Source: an uncultured archaeon (lineage in GTDB: Archaea > Iainarchaeota > Iainarchaeia > Iainarchaeales > JAAZKV01). Taken from it: a DNA stretch of 32,000 bases. Where the stretch lies: the NCBI GenBank assembly GCA_964551375.1, contig CAZKBG010000002.1, positions 64,962 to 96,961 on the forward strand. The letters run 5' to 3'. Of the stretch, positions 20,601 to 27,280 are shown one piece after another; position 1 is the first letter of the stretch; each line of letters opens with the position of its first letter. The position numbers were made by a program, and so were the translations under genes. Below the pieces are notes generated by a model that saw nothing but the letters and a program-made list of their open reading frames with translations, was not told the DNA's origin and did no database searches.

Positions 20601-22275
20601 AGTGCAGAATGCAATTGAAGAAGTTAATTCAAAAGTGAATGAAGTTCCTGACGGATTTATCGGAATATCTGATATATCCTTGACTCTTGATGTTGTTACA
20701 GGGGAAGCAGTTCCTACAATAAAAATAAACAACAGGTCGGGAAAAGTTGAAACATCATACTTAAGCTTTGCATGGAAAGGACAGGGCGAAGCAACTCCAG
20801 AATACCCAAGCAATGTAATTGAATGGGATGTTCCAATCGGAGAAAGCACAAGAGTACTTGACTCAGTAGTAGTTTCAAAATATGAAGGAGTATATTACTT
20901 CACAGCAGTAATGAACGGACCGATGGGAGACTCAAGATCATTATCAAGAGCATTCCTATATAGAGACACAAACGGAACCTGCTGGATGCCGCAGACAACA
21001 GATTCAATTGCAGGACTTCCAGGACTTGCATTCTACGTAGCAGCAATGGACAACCCTACTTACACTGAAGGGGTAAGCGATCCGTCAGAATTGTACAATC
21101 ACATAAACTTTGGAATGTACCTAACAAAAGAAACATTTAGTGAAGACTTCCTAAGAGACTTCAAGGATTATTACGGAGGGGGCATACTCCAAATATCAGA
21201 TCCTGACGAGCAGGATATTGTAAATTACTTAACATCAGGAAATTTTAAGATAAAGAAAAAATTCTCGGGAGACAACACAATTGAGCCTGGACTTTATGAT
21301 GTTTGGGTAAGATTAAACGCAAAAGACAAATTCCTTGTAATTGACGGAAACAATACAAATATGACAATAGAACTTTTAATGATTAGAAGACCAAGCGTGG
21401 ACAGTCCGTTTTACATGATACCATTTGATGGAAGACTTGGAGAAAGAGGCGGAAGACAAGGATACGGAGCAGTTTACACAAGAGGGGAAGGCGAAAGCGA
21501 CATTGAAATAAGCAATTACAGCCAGAATGGAGTTTATACTTTCTACAATGCGGCAAGCAATGGTGTAATAAAAGTTACAACAAAAACAAAAACAAGCTTT
21601 GAAGGTGTAAACTCATCAGTATCAACAAGAGGACAGCTTGGAGCGGTAAGCGTGTCAGGCTCAACAGCAGAAATGATACTCACTCCAAATTATGCGACTC
21701 CTGTAATTTTAAAGAACACAATTGACGGCACAGAAGGAAACATTGCATTCAGCGTTGAAAATCCAAACAGAGCAGTTGTTACAAGAGGAAATATAGCATA
21801 CTGGACAGGCGCTGCAAAAAGCAAAGATTACTTTGGAGCAAACGCAGTTGAATCATATTATAATTCGCCTGACTTTAGACTATCAAAACTCGGAGAGAAC
21901 GTATTCGGATTTGAATACAGAAACATTTCAAAGAAAGGCACAATGTACCTAAAAACCACTTTATTCACTCCAGTGGATCAGGCATCATACATGCTTACTT
22001 CAAAGAACAGCACTACAAAATTCTGGACTCCTGAAACAACATTCACTGAAACAGTTGACTTAAAAGGAATAAGCGGAATGGCTTACAATGCGCCAGGCGA
22101 TTACATTAACTCATTGCAGGATTTATTCACAGCAGTTGAAAATAATGAAGTGTGCCTGTCAAATGACGGCTCAAGCACCACATTCTGGTGGAACCCAGTT
22201 GCTATTGAAGGAACTGTGGGCTCGCTTGGAAGAAGCTTATACCACGAAGAAGTTGCATTAGTTGGAGTGAACTAA
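14659..22275 (+). CDS. Giant N-terminally anchored surface protein (2538 aa), paralog of the 6240-14513 product
   Basis: N-terminus 'GIKGVYYAIEDKWYAFWDSVDRVLP..VIDAIDTVIPSMILFILVIILLIAF' aligns with 'SLKGIYYSGEEKWYAFWDKVDAHIP..VIDPIDSVIPTFALFLIIIFLILLF' of the neighbour. C-terminal 'LDWTW', 'FSEDFLRDF', 'GGRQGYGA' and 'VCLSNDG...WWNP' are also shared. Confidence 0.9.
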   Translation: MADGIKGVYYAIEDKWYAFWDSVDRVLPVGGVIDAIDTVIPSMILFILVIILLIAFGAFFLLSANQVFDATFTVQTFDGRPVNDTLLSVELMENGELVKTFEQRTDSVGVVTFNAIKMGQELIFDINISKGTFSGSFVMGEGAMDEVITLEERRVPLNLSPVVKKILVKESSGFLAREPISLVFGCESSIVLPNPSKATFSGTFAVEVTEPVGCRLTATVNNPKYKQKTYLIQSTNYDLFLEPIEPVGTQLKVIIRSAGFPVSGTNFKIKITGDASYELATTGESQASANVNPGNYLITVTDPKGNYGLVSKNVTVTSTTEVLVEVSKTVKARATIKVIDSETGVAISNAIVNLRDSFGRELATQLTDSLGYTTYSFTDLGDYSFIAKRAGDLNGGYLPKESKQTISTDTNFTMALEAITEENAGRTIVTVYDQDKVPVANAKVMLKYKENDGLVELMQEKNYGLTDANGEVSLIAGQPSGSVYAYAIKGPFNGASMDKRLAVEAINKFNIEMEIGSATVKINVLDESGNKLDATAEIHLVSGVSADEHGIAGLIPVESGYAARSVKAGQKVFVKVMAETFEDYYTAPIDLWPDRPYDLEIVMLKNIAEAKILPKGVYNADGALVQTMAAGKRYYAKFYILSNSAYANVKFNFRAGKESLLENDIMEVDEVEASGLTSQARGVSYDPQKGYDFDGNILNRTDGLSKWVEMEWTSFGKGLREVKVWFRIKNTAAPNQELQFFYRGKFDNLRKPESTAALDFYADTYFSEKFYVGAETICKEGFCANSEWLYSTKSELYVDEPYSIKQTTNYNYHITLLNNSGIDYGTSKKPVTLSIYVMGDDSDDKKIKIKSYEIKDSIGRLTNNSAIYSAENLSITSFEKSSTIDMLFSLEGIKQGAEALKFELKSEGKIIYSKETDIKVVREKDFNVGISPQFIPALINTMIEVTIVDEKGEPLPGATVNVYAKEPGYAQYPIDSKETDRLGRAEVKSGAHFTKTKVIIEIIKEGYSRQMFSTTVSDDLIIASPEELFVELNTFSKREEVKKVEFANLSRSKMVLKNIVLDSKFKDLINEEALNAYFEELTLEQKTVKGEDTLEIEFMKIRLANSINEDNFIEPITVEGIVKLVFVEPESGLTFNIELPLRVNVSSSANPDAECLIIKPTSKTSMTTENAQVRFNFELINACTSDGVGIPLQSLMVQAPAEIPGIAEISLRNSTGSSIGITALDGGKRKLVDNVRANEKLFGEITFAPGQEAVGKSVQIAVSYEAKFKGTTVTSSPSTVTYTANVVNLKECMTISSESAPVEFKGKSKIKIDTTACLGQMIDIILCKEDSGCSGGADGKIVLSKKTFTLQNKAEEIEAYNPTYPGTYGVTVHARTRGTAGFSYIGEVPVSFLESETKYFNLNKFELTLVGTGAKDSIILTNKMISETINVKADECTWGKEDAEFNWSSALTGAMMGAMLGNLIGSAYHPGTKDSKSGKDKSGGSDVEGMDAKTRGEEISRLNDLEAKGGLSRDQVAYRNDLISAQNRFTTGYDSFINGATALNTGVDVSSSSSLSSVFGSGSAASLGVGESTTMDTEMGTVRVTNMGNNEYFVRSNSIPSGRTYTGDVQLGTVGNQFANAYSNTSGLRNFSNSLTMPFRTTPSTTTLNPSTTGWSAATYGEVGRIPTRYFVNLPAIIHAQENALKADSNKLLLAGSGGSSTNWVQISLTIIGAVVGGWLMGDSGYKCADNYDVVPMEDFVILLQGTTVDYTGPTGETSGERVIPSDAGALTFTLDNIAPAWNFEDAQYGSEETVAIDFENNGLNEPVPRYGTFTVNANVHNHGSVVHKVDGSTHTSTGESDYDVFCNNESFGSFWIGSESNQGDCGTGGRISVSNYSQKYHLRVISGEPKDEESYIKKATTCYMGALTGATGKEALPKVKLDWTWDSIKADTCDYTNPDHVYCDGTQFMISLTKKLSQLQKFMRTNGGKFECPPDEIENEVQNAIEEVNSKVNEVPDGFIGISDISLTLDVVTGEAVPTIKINNRSGKVETSYLSFAWKGQGEATPEYPSNVIEWDVPIGESTRVLDSVVVSKYEGVYYFTAVMNGPMGDSRSLSRAFLYRDTNGTCWMPQTTDSIAGLPGLAFYVAAMDNPTYTEGVSDPSELYNHINFGMYLTKETFSEDFLRDFKDYYGGGILQISDPDEQDIVNYLTSGNFKIKKKFSGDNTIEPGLYDVWVRLNAKDKFLVIDGNNTNMTIELLMIRRPSVDSPFYMIPFDGRLGERGGRQGYGAVYTRGEGESDIEISNYSQNGVYTFYNAASNGVIKVTTKTKTSFEGVNSSVSTRGQLGAVSVSGSTAEMILTPNYATPVILKNTIDGTEGNIAFSVENPNRAVVTRGNIAYWTGAAKSKDYFGANAVESYYNSPDFRLSKLGENVFGFEYRNISKKGTMYLKTTLFTPVDQASYMLTSKNSTTKFWTPETTFTETVDLKGISGMAYNAPGDYINSLQDLFTAVENNEVCLSNDGSSTTFWWNPVAIEGTVGSLGRSLYHEEVALVGVN

Positions 22276-22350
22276 AAATAATCTTAGCTTGCATTACTAA
22301 ACTAATTATCTCGCAATTATTTTGGAAAAATCAAAACCTTCAAGAAATGC

Positions 22351-22359
22351 TTTTATATT
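22351..22359 (+). promoter_or_regulatory. Putative TATA box for the small membrane-protein gene cluster
   Basis: TTTTATATT ends about 27 nt upstream of ATG 22387, consistent with a leaderless or short-leader transcript. Confidence 0.45.
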
Positions 22360-22386
22360 ACAAATTCCTAATTGTAGCGTGAAATA

Positions 22387-22806
22387 ATGATTCTATCTTT
22401 GCTCACTTTGGGGCTTTCAAGCATTACCCCCCCGATTCTCTTCTTTGACGAGCTGATTGGGGACATGACTTTTGTTCTAAAAATATTTGTTCTAATGACA
22501 ATAGTATCTTATGTTGTCCAACACCTTGGGAAAGGAGTTTTAGCGCTTCTTGTAATTGCAGTAATGTCCTGGTTCATTATATTTGACTACTTCATGTACT
22601 TTGGCGGAATTTATATTTTATACATGTTAGCTCTGTTCGGCGGAGTACAGCTTGCAATGGATTTCTTTATTGTTGGTCCTCAGATGTTTGCCGGCGGACA
22701 CGGCGGCGGAGGCCACGGAGAAAGCGAAGGCGAGCACATTACAGGGTTGGAATTCAAAGAAAAACAGCACAGGATGATGGAAATGAGAAAGAGGGCTGGA
22801 TTCTAA
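22387..22806 (+). CDS. Small multipass membrane protein (139 aa) with a His/Gly-rich C-terminal tail
   Basis: About 3-4 hydrophobic helices, then GGHGGGGHGESEGEHITG. The next gene overlaps its stop codon (TAATG). Confidence 0.8.
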   Translation: MILSLLTLGLSSITPPILFFDELIGDMTFVLKIFVLMTIVSYVVQHLGKGVLALLVIAVMSWFIIFDYFMYFGGIYILYMLALFGGVQLAMDFFIVGPQMFAGGHGGGGHGESEGEHITGLEFKEKQHRMMEMRKRAGF

Positions 22807-23132
22807 TGAACTCAAAAGGAAACTTCTTATTTATAATAATAGGATTAATGGTGGGTTCGGTAGTTTTGCTCCCTGTGTTGATGTATGTATTTCCTCCGAT
22901 TGATATTATTGTAAAAATAATTCTTGTTTTTTCAATCTTTATGATGGTGAGAGGATTTTTAGGAAACGGAGTGCTAACACTCATTGTTTCAGGAATTTTA
23001 ATTTACTTTTTAGTAATCAAATGGTGGTGGATTGGAGCAGGCGGATGGATGGCAATAACCTTAGCATCGCTTGGAATATTCAGCATAATAATGTGGGGCT
23101 CACAGACATTAATGATGTTCACAAAAAGATAA
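22806..23132 (+). CDS. Small multipass membrane protein (108 aa), probable divergent tandem paralog of the 22387 product
   Basis: 'IDIIVKIILVFSIFMMVRGFLGNGVLTLIVSGILIYFLVIKWWWIGAGG' aligns by eye with 'MTFVLKIFVLMTIVSYVVQHLGKGVLALLVIAVMSWFIIFDYFMYFGG'. One-base overlap with the upstream stop. Confidence 0.8.
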   Translation: MNSKGNFLFIIIGLMVGSVVLLPVLMYVFPPIDIIVKIILVFSIFMMVRGFLGNGVLTLIVSGILIYFLVIKWWWIGAGGWMAITLASLGIFSIIMWGSQTLMMFTKR

Positions 23133-23251
23133 CCCTCGCTTGGTTTGAACTAAGGGCGAGTTTGAGACAGGAAGAAAGGTTTAATTAGGAAGAAATGGTA
23201 GTTATTTGTAAGGAGAATAGATTGGAGATAGGCAGGTAAGGAAGTGCAAAA

Positions 23252-23512
23252 ATGGCTATTGACATATTTGGAGCATTGAGCGGAGAAGACATATTCACAA
23301 CGCTGACGCTTATTCTTCTTATAGTATACTTTCTTTGGATTTATGCATGGGCAAAAAAACAAATCGGCCCTAACTTGGGGCTTTTGCTTGCAATAATTAT
23401 AACTTTCCTTTTGTTTTACAATTTCCCTGACCTTATTTGGATACCGTTTATTTTATTCATCTGGTCAGTTTTCGGAAAGGACCTTTTGGAGCGCGTTCCC
23501 AAAACAAAGTAA
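23252..23512 (+). CDS. Small membrane protein (86 aa, about 2-3 TM)
   Basis: Hydrophobic ORF 'IFTTLTLILLIVYFLWIYAWAKKQIGPNLGLLLAIIITFLLFYNFPDLIWIPFILFIW'; co-oriented with its neighbours. Confidence 0.7.
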   Translation: MAIDIFGALSGEDIFTTLTLILLIVYFLWIYAWAKKQIGPNLGLLLAIIITFLLFYNFPDLIWIPFILFIWSVFGKDLLERVPKTK

Positions 23513-23622
23513 GTAAATGAAGTCAAGATGAATAAAGTAAATGAATTTGCCAGTGCTAAAGCAGTGATATTTAGAAGCATAAAGGAAAATTTTGGTTGGA
23601 AAAAAAATTTTGGATGATTTAG

Positions 23623-23943
23623 ATGGATTTGTTGATGTTTTTAGTTTCAGTTGCGCTACTGGGATTTGCTGTCCAGCTTGGCGAACTATGGATAGTTCTT
23701 GGCGCGGCAACAATTCTAATCCTTGCTTCAAGAGATTTTAAGACAAGCCTGCTTTTGGTTTTTTCAGTATTTGTTTTATATGTGGTTAATGGAATTGGAA
23801 TGAAAGAATACTGGATTGTTGCAGTATTTTTGCTTTTAGGCGTGGCTTACATGCTTGGGTTAGGAAAAGAAGAAGCTCCTGCGGATCCATATGCCGGATT
23901 ACTTGGCGGAATGGGCGGCGGGGGAATGCCTGGGATGGAGTAA
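23623..23943 (+). CDS. Small membrane protein (106 aa) with a Gly/Met-rich C-terminus
   Basis: Several hydrophobic segments and a terminal 'PYAGLLGGMGGGGMPGME'. The next gene starts 6 nt after the stop. Confidence 0.75.
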   Translation: MDLLMFLVSVALLGFAVQLGELWIVLGAATILILASRDFKTSLLLVFSVFVLYVVNGIGMKEYWIVAVFLLLGVAYMLGLGKEEAPADPYAGLLGGMGGGGMPGME

Positions 23944-23949
23944 GGTATT

Positions 23950-24294
23950 ATGAACTGGGGCGGGGCGGTTGTGGCGCTTCTAATTGCTGTAATCTTCTTA
24001 TGGGCTCAGCTTGAATGGCTTGCTTTTGTTTTTTTTGTGATAATGGTGCTTGTGCTCGTTTATCCGCGGGCAAAGAAAGAAGCTAAAAAATCATGGGAAG
24101 ACATGAAAAAAGCAGATGCTTTCAATCCTGAAGCTAAATTTGACGGCTATGTGAAAGGCATTTCAAAGCATGCAAGCGAGCACCTGATAAAGAAGCCTGT
24201 GGACTCTACTGAAGTGAACGCAAAAGCATGGCTTCATAAAACTTCAAACATGGCAAAAAATTTTTTCAGCGAACTCGAATCGCTCTTTAAGTGA
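23950..24294 (+). CDS. Small protein (114 aa): N-terminal hydrophobic hairpin/TM plus a charged cytoplasmic-type tail
   Basis: 'GGAVVALLIAVIFLWAQLEWLAFVFFVIMVLVLVYPRAKKEAKK...' in tight operon spacing. Confidence 0.75.
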   Translation: MNWGGAVVALLIAVIFLWAQLEWLAFVFFVIMVLVLVYPRAKKEAKKSWEDMKKADAFNPEAKFDGYVKGISKHASEHLIKKPVDSTEVNAKAWLHKTSNMAKNFFSELESLFK

Positions 24295-24462
24295 AAAAAA
24301 GTTTAGCTTAATCTTAGAAATAAATCACATTTTATTGGACACTAATTAGCATGGCTCTTTTTAATTAAAAAAAAGGCAATTTTGAGAATAAGCTGCTTAT
24401 TTAGCAAATTATTTTTTTTAAATTAGTTGCTTGTTTTTAGTTAATTATTTGTTTTAGATTAA

Positions 24463-24960
24463 CTACTTCTTTGCTTCAAGTTCAGTAAGTATTTTTCTAT
24501 TATTTTCAAGAATCTTCTGGAGCAAATCAATGCTGGCTTTTGTTGCCGCATTAATATCTTCCATTTTTGTCTCCATTTCAGAAAGCCTAAAAGCAAGAGA
24601 AGAATCAATAGGCGCTTTTGGGGCTTCTATGCTTGTTTTAACTTCCTCAACGCTCTTTGCAATAGTATCAAGTTTTTCAGAATGCTCGTCAAGCGTGTTA
24701 TTAACCATTGTGTGATGCAAGTCCTGCGTCTCGGCAGTAGTCTCCACCTGTGCTTTTAGCATTTGAACTTCCCTTGGCTGAACAGCCGGCTGAATAGGCG
24801 GAGCTTCTTCCTGTTTTGGCTGCTTGGACTTGGCAAGAACTGCATTTGCTTCTTCTGCAGTCAAACCCGCATCAACAAGAGTGGAAATAATTGTAGGATC
24901 ATCAATTCCGGCTTCAATGAGCCGGTTAACAGTATCCATCATCACTTGCTCATTAAGCAT
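24463..24960 (-). CDS. Coiled-coil protein (165 aa) with a small N-terminal helical (UBA-like) segment and Pro-rich linker
   Basis: 'VNRLIEAGIDDPTIISTLVDAGLTAEEANAVLAKS' resembles a three-helix domain. It is followed by a 'APPIQPAVQP' linker and heptad-like Leu/Ile helices to the C-terminus. Confidence 0.75.
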   Translation of the reverse strand: MLNEQVMMDTVNRLIEAGIDDPTIISTLVDAGLTAEEANAVLAKSKQPKQEEAPPIQPAVQPREVQMLKAQVETTAETQDLHHTMVNNTLDEHSEKLDTIAKSVEEVKTSIEAPKAPIDSSLAFRLSEMETKMEDINAATKASIDLLQKILENNRKILTELEAKK

Positions 24961-25114
24961 TCAAATCACTTTACCTAATTTAAACCCAAAAACCAAATTT
25001 AACGGTTTTATCAAATAATGCTTTTATTGTATTTAAATCATCGCTTTTTGATTTTTAAGTTCAAATAAAGTACTGCTAAATTCAAACTTGTTTCAAACTT
25101 ATTCACCCAAAAGG

Positions 25115-25123
25115 CATAAATAC
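25115..25123 (+). promoter_or_regulatory. Putative TATA box for the HerA-like gene, supporting ATG 25154 as the real start
   Basis: CATAAATAC about 30 nt upstream of ATG 25154 and downstream of the TTG at 25088 used by the ORF track. Confidence 0.4.
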
Positions 25124-25153
25124 CAAAAAGTGTTAATTTATCTCGAGCAAGTT

Positions 25154-26638
25154 ATGGATATGCGGCTGGACTATGGTCCATGGGAAGTAATTTTTAACGG
25201 ACAAGCCTACGGACACGAAGTGGAAGTAGCGATGAATCCTGAACATTTTTACATTGCGCTGATTTATGATAAAAAAGAAGGAAAAAGAAACGGCGCGGTA
25301 GTTGAAGGATACAAAGCATTTTATGCAAGAGGCTCGCTTGAAGCATTTGTGCAAACCCTTCCAAAGAACTGCTTTGCCGTTGAAAAAAATCTTGGGGACA
25401 AAACTTCAAAAATATTCTTTTTATCATTTGACCCTTTCTATGTGGATTTTAAGCAGGAAGATTATTCAAGAAAAATCGATAATATTATTCGAAAAACCGA
25501 CGAAGGCGCGGCAACAATAGTTGACCTTGCGAGAGCAAGCGCAATAGAGCTAAAAGAGCTTGATACTGTTTCAAAGGCGGACTATGTGGGAGTGCTTGGA
25601 GACCCTTTCACAATAATGCAGTTTGTTTTAGGAAGCAAGGAAAATAAACTTACGAGAATGGACCTTGTGCAGAAGAAAGAATATCCTGAAGACATGGCTC
25701 CGATGATACAGCTTGGATTAAGCAAAACAAGAGAAATAATGAAAGAGCCGGCAAAAAATCTTTATAAAACACAAATCACGGGAGACGGGCTCGGATTATA
25801 TTATTCAGCATATGTTGTCTGCGAGCAGATGCTTCTTGACGATTATCCTGTGCTTATAATAGACGACATCGGATATTTTTCCCAGCTGGGAGTAGTTTCA
25901 ACAAACTCAACCGAGTTAAAAGAAGAAATAGTCGACTTTGAGCCGATGGCTTTTCCAATGCGCCCGCTTGTTGCAAAAGAATCAATAAATGTTTCACTAA
26001 AAGACGCTGATTTGATGTTCATGCTGGAACTAAACGGGCTCTTTGACACTGAATTTAACAAAAACCTTGCGCTGTTCAGCTTTGCAGCACAGGTGAATAC
26101 AATAAAAGAACTTGTTGACAAAGTGCTTTTTACAAATGAAATGGGGGAGTATGATAAATTAAGAGCTGAAAGAATACTTAAAATAATTGAGAAAAAACTT
26201 CCAAACATCTTCGGCTCATCGCTTCCGATTGATGAATTAACAAAAACAGTCGCGGGAAAACTTGGAAGAGCGGTGGTTGTTGAAATAAAAAAACTTGACA
26301 TGGAAGAAAGACTTGTATTCATGCACACACTTTTTAGGCAGATAACAAAATCAGCATCGGAGAACAAGCAGTTAAACTGCGTTCTTGTTGTTCCTAACCT
26401 TGATGATTTGCTTGCCGCAAATGAAGAAAGAGCCACAACTGCGCTCTTGAGGCTTCAGAGAAGAGGAATCGGACTTGTAGTTTGCACAGGAAAAGAACTG
26501 CCTGAAAATTTAACACAGGCATTCAGCGCAAAAGTAAGCGTTGTGAGCGGAAAAGATGTTGCGGTTTCAATAAAAGGGAAAAGAAATTACAGAATCACAC
26601 TAAGACCTACTCTAAGCGGCTCTCCAAGAGCAAACTGA
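25154..26638 (+). CDS. HerA/VirB4-superfamily-like P-loop protein, apparently catalytically degenerate (pseudo-ATPase)
   Basis: The ORF track starts at TTG 25088; ATG 25154 (MDMRLDYGPWEV) is more plausible. 'YKTQITGDGLGLYYSAYVVCEQMLLDDYPVLIIDDIGYF' has the layout of HerA 'GxTGSGKS...PVLVIDPxGEY' but without the Lys. 'LNCVLVVPNLDDLLA...LQRRGIGLVVCTGKELPENLTQAFSAKVSVVSG' resembles the Walker B/C-terminal ATPase core '...RxxGLGLILATQRPSDLDxxVLSQxNT'. Confidence 0.5.
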   Translation: MDMRLDYGPWEVIFNGQAYGHEVEVAMNPEHFYIALIYDKKEGKRNGAVVEGYKAFYARGSLEAFVQTLPKNCFAVEKNLGDKTSKIFFLSFDPFYVDFKQEDYSRKIDNIIRKTDEGAATIVDLARASAIELKELDTVSKADYVGVLGDPFTIMQFVLGSKENKLTRMDLVQKKEYPEDMAPMIQLGLSKTREIMKEPAKNLYKTQITGDGLGLYYSAYVVCEQMLLDDYPVLIIDDIGYFSQLGVVSTNSTELKEEIVDFEPMAFPMRPLVAKESINVSLKDADLMFMLELNGLFDTEFNKNLALFSFAAQVNTIKELVDKVLFTNEMGEYDKLRAERILKIIEKKLPNIFGSSLPIDELTKTVAGKLGRAVVVEIKKLDMEERLVFMHTLFRQITKSASENKQLNCVLVVPNLDDLLAANEERATTALLRLQRRGIGLVVCTGKELPENLTQAFSAKVSVVSGKDVAVSIKGKRNYRITLRPTLSGSPRAN

Positions 26639-26692
26639 AAATAACTGCGAATCAGACTAAACCTAAAAATCAGACTTGTTCTAACTGAAAAA

Positions 26693-27193
26693 TTATATTT
26701 TCTTTGAAGCGTCTTTTTCGCGAAGCTTTTTATCAATAAGATCCCGAACTTGAGTCAGCGTTGCAAAATCAAGCGGATTAATAGAATCAATTACATATTT
26801 TAGTTCTTTTAGTTCTTCCTTGCTTGCGGTTCTTCCACGCATATCCTCAACCTGCGCGCCAAGAAGAGCAACCTGCTGCTTTAGTGAATTAACTTCCTCG
26901 CTGTTTGCCCCGCCCTGAGAAGAAAGCGCGGGGGCATTAACAACCTTATCTTCAAGATTTTTGATTTTCTTGTTCAAAACAACTAAGTTTCTTCCTAAAA
27001 TCTTCTCATTTCTGACAAGATACTTGATTTTTTGGGTTACAAGAAGAATGCTTGAATTTAATGCCCTAATATCCTCTCTAATTCCTCCGCCGCCGCTAAC
27101 TATTGGCATCGAAGAACTAACTGACTGCATCTGCATCGGGGCGCCCTGCCCACCGGAGGTATTTGATCTATCAGGCCTTGGCATAAATAACAC
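26693..27193 (-). CDS. Coiled-coil protein (166 aa), disordered Ser/Gly/Met-rich N-terminus
   Basis: 'VTQKIKYLVRNEKILGRNLVVLNKKIKNLEDKV ... VNSLKQQVALLGAQVEDMRGR' is heptad-like. C-terminal 'ELKYVIDSINPLDFATLTQVRDLIDKKL'. Confidence 0.75.
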   Translation of the reverse strand: MLFMPRPDRSNTSGGQGAPMQMQSVSSSMPIVSGGGGIREDIRALNSSILLVTQKIKYLVRNEKILGRNLVVLNKKIKNLEDKVVNAPALSSQGGANSEEVNSLKQQVALLGAQVEDMRGRTASKEELKELKYVIDSINPLDFATLTQVRDLIDKKLREKDASKKI

Positions 27194-27280
27194 ACATTAG
27201 TAAAATTAACCTGGCTATTATTAAATAGGTTTTGATACTTAAAAATGTATTGTATGCAGAAAGAAAGAAAAGAGAAAGCA

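Noticed and set aside
6240-22275. Giant genes as NRPS/PKS or RHS/Teneurin-type toxins
   Set aside because: There are no adenylation, condensation or ketosynthase motifs and no YD-repeat periodicity. The content is TM anchor, Ig-like/carboxypeptidase-regulatory-like repeats and a Cys/Trp C-terminal module.
24300-24450. AT-rich region between the convergent genes as a possible small RNA or novel element
   Set aside because: It contains T/A tracts consistent with bidirectional transcription termination, with no convincing stable structure or repeat.
24530-25018. Three overlapping plus-strand ORFs opposite the coiled-coil gene
   Set aside because: The minus-strand frame has a coherent helical/coiled-coil protein; the plus-strand frames are short and mutually overlapping.
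25843-26436. 197-aa minus-strand ORF inside the HerA-like gene
   Set aside because: Antisense shadow ORF, Ser/Phe/Ile-rich, with no independent evidence.
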